Shown here piece by piece: positions 55,867 to 64,000 of a DNA stretch of 64,000 bases. The notes under the pieces were generated by a model, which saw only the letters and a list, made by a program, of their open reading frames with translations, was not told the origin of the DNA and did no database searches. How positions within the stretch are numbered: the stretch's first letter is position 1; every line of letters begins with the position of its first letter. The DNA is taken from assembly GCA_963716745.1 (NCBI GenBank), contig OY970320.1:224001-288000 (forward strand). The letters are read 5' to 3'. The translations under genes were made by a program, and so were the position numbers. This stretch comes from an uncultured Gemmatimonadaceae bacterium (GTDB lineage: Bacteria; Gemmatimonadota; Gemmatimonadetes; Gemmatimonadales; Gemmatimonadaceae).

Positions 55867-58267
55867 GGACTCTCCGACGCTCGGCCACGATGCCGGCGAT
55901 CAGGAGCAGCGTGCACAGTACCAGCACGACGATCGTGATGGCTTTCCCCTTCTCGAAGGCTGGGCTCGCGAAATCGAGTTGGATGGTCTTGGCGCCGGCC
56001 GGCAGCTCCACGCCAATGAGCACGTAATCGGCGCGTCCGATCGCGGCGGGCTTGCCGTCCACCGTGGCACTCCAGCCGGGGTAATAATTCTCGGTCACGA
56101 TGAGCGCCGAGCCCGCGGGCGCCGGCTTGTCGAGCGCCACGGTGATGTGGCCGGGCTCGTAGTGGGTAGCTTTGGCGACGATGCCGAGCGTGTCGGGCAG
56201 CTTGGAGATCTGTTGCGCCGTCACCGGTGCGGCCGTGTCGAAGAGCGCGGCGCGCGAGATCTCGAAGCGCGGGTCGCGGACCGTGGTGAGTACGGCATCG
56301 TCGGGACCCTTCACGATCACCGGAGCGACCCACGCGAAGGGATAGTTGCCAGGCATTTCGAACAGATACAGCGTGGAGCCCGATGCGTCGATCACTGGAC
56401 CAAGCACCGGCTTGGCGCCGGGGAACGGCGACTGCGGCGAATTTCTCAGGAAGTACTTCATGTTCGTCAGGCGCCAGATCTGGGGATTCCCCAATTGATC
56501 GCCGTGCTCGCCGACCAGGTTGTCATACCGCCCGAGCTCGTTCCCGTGGTAGCCGACGACGCTCCGGATCCGGTGCGGCCATGAGCCCGTCGCCGTTCAG
56601 GATTCCATTGATTGCGGGACGGCGCTCGTGCGCGAGTCTGCGCCGCGAATACCCGCCCCGGCTGATCGTCCTGTTTCGCGAGATACTCGGTGATCGCATC
56701 GCTCGCGAAGATCACCGAGGCCGGCTCGGAGAAATTCCAGTACATCTGCTCGACGCTCCAGAGATCGACCGCCATCAGCGCGATGAGCGCGTAGGCGGCC
56801 GACCTGCGCCTTGAGCTTCCGCCTCGCGAGCGCGAACATGACGCCGCCCGCGAGCAGGACGCATACGAAGGAGCGCACCGCGCCGAACGCGATCTGCGGC
56901 CCGTTGTCGATCGCGAACTCGGCGCGGCCCGGCATCGCGAGTGCGCCGCGATGTTCGTGAGCGCTCCGGTCACTCCGAGCAGCGCGACGACGGCCGCCGC
57001 GATCGCACCAGCCCACGGCGTATCGACGAGTCACCTGGCCGGCCATCAGGCGCTCGGTGCCGAGGGCGGCGAGCACCGCCACCGCTGAACGCCATGACGA
57101 ACATCATCGTGCTCGGCGCGCGGAAGAATTTCGTTCCCGGCACGACGCGCGTAAACGATCGGATAGAAGGGCGTGGACCCGCCCAAGCGCCCACAGCGTC
57201 GACGACGATGCAGAGCGCCGATCCAGAACCACGTGAGAGCTCGGCGCTTCTCGCCGTGGTGCGACGCCGCCGAAGCCGAGACCGGCGAGCAGCAAGACGA
57301 CGGCGCCCAAGATATTCACTGTGCAGGTGGAATCCGGTTGCGTCCCCAATAGTTGTCGAGGATGCCGGAGAACTGTGGCAGGTACGTGCTGAATCAGTTC
57401 TTCCGGCGGCATCGAGAAGGACACCGCGCGATCGTATCCCGCTGAATACCGGCCGCTCTCGGCGACCACGGTATGTACTGGATCACCGGGCACGTACTGC
57501 ACCGCGCCAATGAGGAAGCCGAGCGCCACCGCGCCTGCCGCGAATGCCGAGTCGCGTGAGCGCGATCTGGCGGGGCAGCTTCCCTGCCCCGCTATCCGCG
57601 AATGCGAGATACAGTGCGAAGCCTCCGCCGCAGAGCAGCATGTACTGCAGGAACTGCGGATGCGGGCGTAAGTACCGCGAGGCCCACGGTGATCGCGAGC
57701 GCGCCCCAGCTCCAGAGCGTTCCGTCGCGAATGCCACGCACGAGGAAAAGAGCACGAGCGGGAGCAGCGCGCTCACATACAACTTGCCGTCGTGCCCGGG
57801 CGACACGTAGCGCCGCGATCGGACCGCCCATCATGTACGCGAGCCCGCCGGCGAGCGCGGCCGGGAAGCCGCAACCGCATCGCGCGCAGGAACAGGTAGG
57901 TGAAGAAACCAGCCAGGAAGAAGTGGATGATGAACGACCACGTCATCGCCACGTCCGTGGGCAGGATCAGGCGCAGCAGGAACGTCGGATAGAACATGTC
58001 GCCGTTCATCGACGCGACGTACGGCATGCCGCCGAAGATGTACGGATTCCAGAGCGGGAAATGCCCGGTGGTGCGCAGGAAATGCGCACCGAACTCGCGC
58101 ACCGCGTAGCCGCCAATGTACTGGTCGCTCACCGGCGTGAGGAGGAACTTGCCGCCGAGCGCGGGATACCCGAGCGCCAGCGCGCACGCCGCGTACACCA
58201 ACGCGGCCCAACCGGCCGCGAAACGGGGCGCCTCGGCGATCGCGGGCGCAGCAGACTGACGCGACAT
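55859..58267 (-). CDS. YfhO-family (GT-C-like) membrane glycosyltransferase; multiple apparent frameshifts
   Basis: N-terminal PLWNPYIFGGMPY...FYP; PGHDGK; C-terminal ENYYPGWSATVDGK; fragments spread over several frames. Confidence 0.8.
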
Positions 58268-58351
58268 CAAGCTCCGGTGTGGCGGAAGGAATCCAGTCGT
58301 ACGCTAGCAGTGTAAATTGGACGCGGCGCGCAGGGGGCGCCAGTCGCGCGG

Positions 58352-59521
58352 CTACTTAGCGCGCGCCGCCGCGAGCTCCCGATAGAGCAATGCATAGCGC
58401 TTCGCGACCGCGGATGGCGCGAAGGTCTCGAGCGCCCGTCGGCGCCCTTCGGCGCCGAGTGTGGCGCCCTGGTCGGGCATCGCGAGCAGCTCGTCGAGCC
58501 GCGCGGCGAGAGCGGCTTCATCGCCAGTGGGCACGAGCAGTCCCGTGCGTCCGTCGATCACGATGTCGGTGAGACCGCCCGATGCGAATGAGACCACCGG
58601 CATCCCCGAGAGCGCGGCCTCGATCGCGATGAGGCCCAGCCCTTCCCCGGTGAACGGCGTCACGAGCGCCGTGCACTCGCGATAGAGCTTTGCGAGATCG
58701 GCCTGGCTGAGCAGCGGATGGAACCTCAGCTGCGGTCCCACTCCGAGCTGCGCGGCGAGCGCGCGCACGTCGCTGGCATCGCTGCCGACGCCGACGACGA
58801 CATCGAGTGCGGGTTTCGTCTTCATGCGGGTGAGCGCGCGCAGGAGGTGCACGATCCCCTTCTGCGCGTTCAGTTTGCCGACGAAGAGCAATCGGTCGCG
58901 CGCGCGCGTTCCTTCGGGATGGAACAGCGCCGGCGCGACCGGCATCGGCGCGACCATCGGCGCGACATCCGGCACGATCGCGCGCGCTTCGTTCGCAAGC
59001 CAGGTGGACACGGTGGTCACGCGCGCCGAGCGATGCAGCACGCCGGAGAAGGTCTTCGTCGCGAATGCGGATGAGCGAGCGGCGGCAATGTCGGACCCGT
59101 GCAGCGTGGTCACGAGCGGGATCTTCCTCAGGCCGGCGACCACCTCGCCGACGACGCCGCCGGGAAACCACCAGTGCGCATGCACCACTGCCACTCGACG
59201 TCGTGCGGCCGCGGCATTGGCCGCCCCCGCGTTCGCGGCAAGGAACGACATGATCGAGAGCTTCCCCGCGAGCGATCGCTGCACCTGCGCGAGCATGCTT
59301 CCCGTATACGCGAGCGTTTCATAGCGGCCAGGCGCATAGCGGAAGCGCACCACCGGGATCCCCTCGAATTCCTCCGCGGCTGCGAGTCCTGGCGCGGAGG
59401 GCGCCACCACGCTCACGCGAACATCCTCGTCGCGCAACGCGACGGCGAGGCGGAGCACGAACGAGCCGATCGGATCGTCGGCGGTGCGCGGGTAGCCGTG
59501 CGAGAGGAAGAGGACGTCCAT
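58352..59521 (-). CDS. GT4-family glycosyltransferase
   Basis: VHAHWWFPGG, TLHGSD, FVGKL..QKG, EGLGLIAIEA. Confidence 0.9.
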   Translation of the reverse strand: MDVLFLSHGYPRTADDPIGSFVLRLAVALRDEDVRVSVVAPSAPGLAAAEEFEGIPVVRFRYAPGRYETLAYTGSMLAQVQRSLAGKLSIMSFLAANAGAANAAAARRRVAVVHAHWWFPGGVVGEVVAGLRKIPLVTTLHGSDIAAARSSAFATKTFSGVLHRSARVTTVSTWLANEARAIVPDVAPMVAPMPVAPALFHPEGTRARDRLLFVGKLNAQKGIVHLLRALTRMKTKPALDVVVGVGSDASDVRALAAQLGVGPQLRFHPLLSQADLAKLYRECTALVTPFTGEGLGLIAIEAALSGMPVVSFASGGLTDIVIDGRTGLLVPTGDEAALAARLDELLAMPDQGATLGAEGRRRALETFAPSAVAKRYALLYRELAAARAK

Positions 59522-60975
59522 CAGCGCGCCAATTCGCGCCGCTGCTGCGCCTGGTCCTCGAGCACGAGCGGTTCATCCCAGAGGCCGGGCGCCACGAGGT
59601 ACGGCTCCACCGTGCCGTCGGCGCGCACGGTGCGCACGCGCACGCTGCGTCTCGCGGTGCGCCAGCGCGCGATGGTATCGAGCGTCGCGACGTATGGCGT
59701 GTCGGCCACGAGCCCATCGACCAACGCGGCATACGCTTCGATCGCGAGCGGATAGCCGAGCGCCGCGAGGGTGACGTTCGGATGCCAGATGCCCACCCAG
59801 AGTCCGCCGAGGTCGCGGCACGTGGCCGCGAGCGCGAGCGCGTCGGCGGTCCATGCGGCGGGATCCTCTTCGCCGCGATACTTGCTCAGTGCGCGGTCCA
59901 TGAAGCAGAAGGGCATCTCGAGGAATCCCGAGGCGCGCTCGATCGCCGGCTCCCAGACCGGCAATACATCCGCGACGCCGGCACGGAAGCCGTTGCGATC
60001 GGCGTAGCCCACGGTGGAATCGTAGCGGAATCCGGCGGCGTGCATCGCCAGCTCGGTGCGGCCGGGGCGGATGCGCAGGAAGTGCTGCCGCACGCCAGCT
60101 ACCGGGCGGCCCGCGATGCGCGCGAGGCGGTCGCGCTGCTCATTGAATGCGCCGTCGCGCTCGAACGTTTCGAAGCTGCCGTGCAGCGCGATCTCGTGGC
60201 CGGCGGACGCCACCTTCTCGATGATGTCGCGTGAGGCGCGCGATTCAGGGCGGTACGTGAGATCGCCGCGGCGCACGGTGCCGCTGTTGGGCGTGCCGCA
60301 GAGGATGAACCAGGTGGCGACCAGCCCCCGCTCCGCTTCGAGCACCGCGTCCACGCCGCGGCGTACTGGCGCGCCCATGAGTGCGGACGGCAGCGACCGT
60401 ACCACCGCGCCCAGACGCGCAGCGTCGCGCTTCTTGGCGAGTTCCGCGATGCGCAGCGACGCGAAGAGCGGCCAGAGTGCGACCACGTCCAAGTCGTGCG
60501 TGAGCGCCGCGGCCCAGCGCCGCCCGTGCGGCCACGGCGCGGCGAATCGTACCGGACGCGCTCCTGCCGCAGTGACCACCGCGTTCCCCAAGCGGCTCGC
60601 CGCGACCGAGAGCACCGGTTCCCGCTCGACGCCCGCCTGCACGAGCGCGCTCTCGCTCGACGGCACACGGCCGAACCGGTCGCGCGGCACAGCGCGCCGC
60701 TCGCGGTCCGCCGTCGCGATCGCGGTGATCGCGCGCAGTTCGGCCCGGGATATGCGAACAATGCCGTCCACGGGATCGAACGGCATCTGTCGAACGGTCG
60801 CGACCGCTTGGTCGTTCCCGGCCGCGGCGCGCCCCGAATCGCCCGTGACCTCCAGGCGCACGACAGCCGCCGCGGGATCATCCACGGGCACGAGACGAGC
60901 GAGGTCGGTGAGCAGTTCGAGCGCGAATCGCTCGGCGGCCGGCAGCCCGGCGAGCGCGCGCGAGAGGAGGATCAC
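59521..60975 (-). CDS. Polysaccharide deacetylase-like (CE4) protein
   Basis: LTHDLD, HEIALH, GVRQHFLR, YDSTVGY, GFRAG, WH; GTG start preceded by a TAACGT box. Confidence 0.78.
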   Translation of the reverse strand: MILLSRALAGLPAAERFALELLTDLARLVPVDDPAAAVVRLEVTGDSGRAAAGNDQAVATVRQMPFDPVDGIVRISRAELRAITAIATADRERRAVPRDRFGRVPSSESALVQAGVEREPVLSVAASRLGNAVVTAAGARPVRFAAPWPHGRRWAAALTHDLDVVALWPLFASLRIAELAKKRDAARLGAVVRSLPSALMGAPVRRGVDAVLEAERGLVATWFILCGTPNSGTVRRGDLTYRPESRASRDIIEKVASAGHEIALHGSFETFERDGAFNEQRDRLARIAGRPVAGVRQHFLRIRPGRTELAMHAAGFRYDSTVGYADRNGFRAGVADVLPVWEPAIERASGFLEMPFCFMDRALSKYRGEEDPAAWTADALALAATCRDLGGLWVGIWHPNVTLAALGYPLAIEAYAALVDGLVADTPYVATLDTIARWRTARRSVRVRTVRADGTVEPYLVAPGLWDEPLVLEDQAQQRRELAR

Positions 60976-61034
60976 GATGCGAACGTTACGCGCCGCGGCG
61001 CATTGGCCGCAAGGCTCATCGGCGCGTTCGAGGA

Positions 61035-61245
61035 AGTAGAACGACTTTAATCGGATGCTGCGGAAGAATGCGGATCGTGCGGATCGCTCCGAGGTGATGA
61101 CGATTCCTCGCACCGGTTCGAGTCTTTGTTGTTGTTGTTAACCACAAATAAACGATGCCGAACAGCCACGCGGAGACATGCCGCCTCGAGGAGCGATCCG
61201 CGAAATCCGCGAGTTTCCGCAGCATCCGATTAAAGTCGTTCTACT
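61035..61245. mobile_element. 211-bp MITE-like element with perfect 31-bp terminal inverted repeats
   Basis: 61035-61065 is the exact reverse complement of 61215-61245; pairing extends imperfectly inward; no credible ORF. Mobility is inferred only. Confidence 0.55.
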
Positions 61246-61252
61246 AGCGCAC

Positions 61253-61282
61253 TTGACGCTCTTCGTCGCGACAGACTAACGT
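61253..61282 (+). promoter_or_regulatory. Sigma70 promoter, probably leaderless transcript
   Basis: TTGACG-18 nt-TAACGT, 6 nt before ATG 61289. Confidence 0.6.
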
Positions 61283-61288
61283 TGCCGC

Positions 61289-62342
61289 ATGGCATCCACG
61301 CTGGTCCCGAAGACGCGCATCCCGTGGCGCCACCTCGTGCTGTTCGGCTGGATGCCCGGTTTCCTCAAGAAATTCGCCTACCGCTCGGTGCTCGGCTACA
61401 AGATCGGGCGCCGCGTGTCGCTCAGCTTCGGCAGCGTCGTGATCGGCGACTCCGTGAGCCTCGGCGACGACGTCGAGATCGGCCTCATGGCCGTCGTGCA
61501 GGGGCGTTCGATCACCATCGGGCGGCACTCGAGCATCGGCACGTTCACCTACGTGTCGTGCGAGACGATCGAGATCGGCGAGGACGCGAAGATCCGCGAG
61601 CAGGTGTTCATCGGCGGGCCCCAGCTGCCGGAGTCGCGGTTCACGCTGGGCAGCCGTACGATCGTGCTGCAGATGACGTACATCAATCCCACGAAACCGG
61701 TCACCATCGGCGACGACACCGGGATCGGCGGGCACTGTTTGATCTTCACGCATGGCGTATGGCTCAATGCGCTCGACGGCTACCCCGTGAACTACGAGCC
61801 AGTCACGATCGGCAAGAGCGTGTGGTTGCCGTGGCGGGTGTTCGTGATGCCGGGCGCGACGATCGGCGACGGCTCGGTGATCGGCGGCGACTCGCTCGTG
61901 CAGGGCACGATCCCTCCAAAGAGCCTCGCCGTGGGCTCGCCGGCCAAAGTGATCCGGAGCGCGCCGGATTTCCCGCGCGTGCCGAGCGCCGAGCAACAGC
62001 GCGACCTGGTCACCGGCATGGTGAGCGAGTTCGAGCGATACGTCACGCATGCAGGCGTAACCGTCGCGCTCACAGGCGACTGGCGGAGCTATACGCGGAG
62101 AAGGCACAGCCTCGCGACTCCTCTGGCGGCGAGTCGCGGGCGCGACGCCGGCACTTCATCGCGACGACACCGTGCTCAGCGAAGTCGCGCTCTCCGACGC
62201 CGATCGTTCGGCGTTCCGGAGCGCGGGCGTGCATTGGTTGGACCTCGCCGGCCGCACGCGGAGCGCGGGCGGGTCGCCGCTCACAGAGGAGTTGGCGCTC
62301 TTTCTCGGGCGGTACGGCATTCGGCTGTCGCGCGACTCCTAG
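61289..62342 (+). CDS. Hexapeptide-repeat (LbH) acyltransferase; apparent frameshift(s) in the 3' part
   Basis: Repeated IG motifs, IFTHG, PVTIGKSVWL, AVGSPAKVIR; plausible true end GRYGIRLSRDS* at 62342. Confidence 0.8.
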
Positions 62343-63254
62343 TCACGAGAGCGCTTGGCCCAGCCATGGCCGAGGAACAGCAGCGCGGGCACGATCTCGA
62401 GCACGGTGAGCCAAAGGCGTGACGCGACGACGACGAGATAGGCCGGTCCGGTCGCGAAGAACGCGCGCTTGAGTCCGACGCGCCATGACCGTCTCCCGCA
62501 CGCCGATGCCACCTGGCGCGAAGAGCGCGACGAAGCCGACGAGATACGAACCCGCGAAGATCGCCACGTAGAGCGACAGTGTGCCCGGCGCGGCGCCGAG
62601 CACGCCGACCACGAACAGGCGGAACGCGAGCCCATAGGCGAGCCACGCGAGCGCCGTCGCGAGCGCGGCCGCACCGACGGTCCACCACGGGAGTCTGGGG
62701 ATCACCACTTCCCTCTTGAACACGCGCCCCGCGAGCGCCGCGAGGCGTGGCAGGAACGACGGTGCGATGACCACTGCGAGACCCGCGATCGCGATCGCCC
62801 ACACGAGCGCCGGCGGGAAATCGAGCACGCGTGCCCCGGTCGCGGCCACCACCACGAATCCAACGATCGTGTTCACGAGCGTGATGAGCAATGCTGCGGC
62901 CGCCGCGACCACCGGTGAGACCCCGCGGGCTTCCGACATCACCGCCATCGCCGAGAGCGCCCACACCTTGCCCGGGATGTACTTCCCGAGGTTCGAGATC
63001 GTCCAGATGCGGGCCGCATCCCAGAATGGCAGCGGATGCCCCCACCCCTTGAGCACGATGCGCCACGTCTCGATGAGCAGTGCGTACGTGACGAGCACAA
63101 CGAGGCACGATGCGGCGAGCGCGATCCAATCGGGCGTCGCGCTCGCGAGCGCGGCCGCCACTTCGGGCCACTGCTGCGACAACTTGATCGCGACGAACAC
63201 CAGCACCGCGCCGGTGAATAGCGCGGAGATCCAGCGTCGCACCGCGGGACTCAC
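62339..63254 (-). CDS. Lysylphosphatidylglycerol-synthase TM / flippase-like membrane protein; apparent frameshift near 62480
   Basis: SNLGKYIPGKVW, FAPGGIGVRE, ASRLWLT; multiple TM helices. Confidence 0.8.
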
Positions 63255-64000
63255 GATGCGGACCGATCCTTCGACGCTTCGTCGGCCAGGCGGCGCAATT
63301 CGCGAAGCTCCACGCGGAGACCGGCGTTCATCTCGCCAAGTAATCCACCCACGAGGAACACCGAACCGACGATCACGCACACCTCGACGAGATTGATGAG
63401 CGGCCGATAGCCGACGCCGGCGAACACGCGGATGGCGATCGCCACGATCCCGGTGAGCACGCCGAGCGCGAACAGCATCGCTCCCACCATTCCGAACAAC
63501 AGCAGCGGCTTGCGCGAGAAGCGCAGCTCGAACCACACCGAGAGCATGTCGAGCACGCCCACCGGGATCCGTCCGAATGCCGAATTTCGATTTCCCCGCG
63601 TGGCGAGGATACAGCGGCACCGGGATCTCGGAAACGGTGAATCCTTCCTGCGCCGCAATGACGATCATGTACCGGTGCCAATCGGGGCGGATCGGCAGCG
63701 CGTCCATGATCTCGCGGCGATACGCCTTCACCGAATTCAAGTCACGCACCGGCACTTCGAACAACGCGCGGCTGAGCGCGTTATAAATGCTCGAGACGAA
63801 CGCCTTCTCGTACGTCGCCCTGCTTGTAGCCGGTGACCATGTCGGCCTCGCCGGCGAGCACGGGCGCGACGAGGCGCGGGATGTCCTCCGGCTTGTATTG
63901 CAGGTCGGCCGGATAGAACACGAGCACGCGCCCGCGCGACGCGAGATATCCGGTGCGCAGCGCATCGGCAATGCCGCGGCCGCGCCGGTGCCGCGCCAGC
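63251..64000 (-). CDS. GT2 glycosyltransferase (ArnC-like), 5'-truncated, frameshifted
   Basis: ADLQY, VRDLNSVKAYRR, HRY, PRHAGKSKFG, two C-terminal TM helices. Confidence 0.8.

Noticed and set aside
55859..58267. yfhO-like gene as a true pseudogene
   Set aside because: The indel pattern matches that in essential genes; more likely a low-quality consensus region, and it cannot be decided without reads.
61016..61225. 69-aa ORF inside the palindromic element
   Set aside because: Atypical composition, no SD, and derived from the inverted repeat itself.

Overview
High-GC bacterial chromosome segment of mostly core genes. The 16S sequence and gene order look like Gemmatimonadota; this is recognition from memory, not a database result. 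In order: 3' end of rdgB; three tRNAs; a short run of accessory genes; a complete 16S-23S-5S rRNA operon with no tRNA in the spacer; era; a Ca2+/H+ antiporter; a GGDEF protein; a zinc-ribbon/RomX-like fusion; then a long + strand run (prfB with its programmed frameshift, lysS, lolC/E, lolD, mcsA-mcsB-clpC, bamA-skp-lpxD-lpxC/fabZ-lpxA-gnnA-like-lpxB-DUF374-lpxK, gdhA, rlmH, bshC, murJ, uvrC, thrC, larC, TPR protein, DUF512-der-plsY-gpsA-merR-GT2-surE-pcm, acyP, apt, tRNA-Arg, yfgM-like). At 54177-54204 there is a 28-bp XerC/D dif-like site, exactly where gene orientation flips to the - strand (dapF plus an envelope glycosylation locus), so this is probably the replication terminus. Many essential genes carry single-base indels, which are most likely long-read assembly errors. 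Most interesting signals: the Zn-ribbon-RomX fusion beside a diguanylate cyclase; the dif locus with adjacent IHF and DnaA-box-like motifs; a family of intergenic inverted 7- and 9-mer tandem-repeat elements including a 211-bp MITE-like element; and repeated signs of leaderless genes. No CRISPR array, prophage, integrase or transposase is visible.
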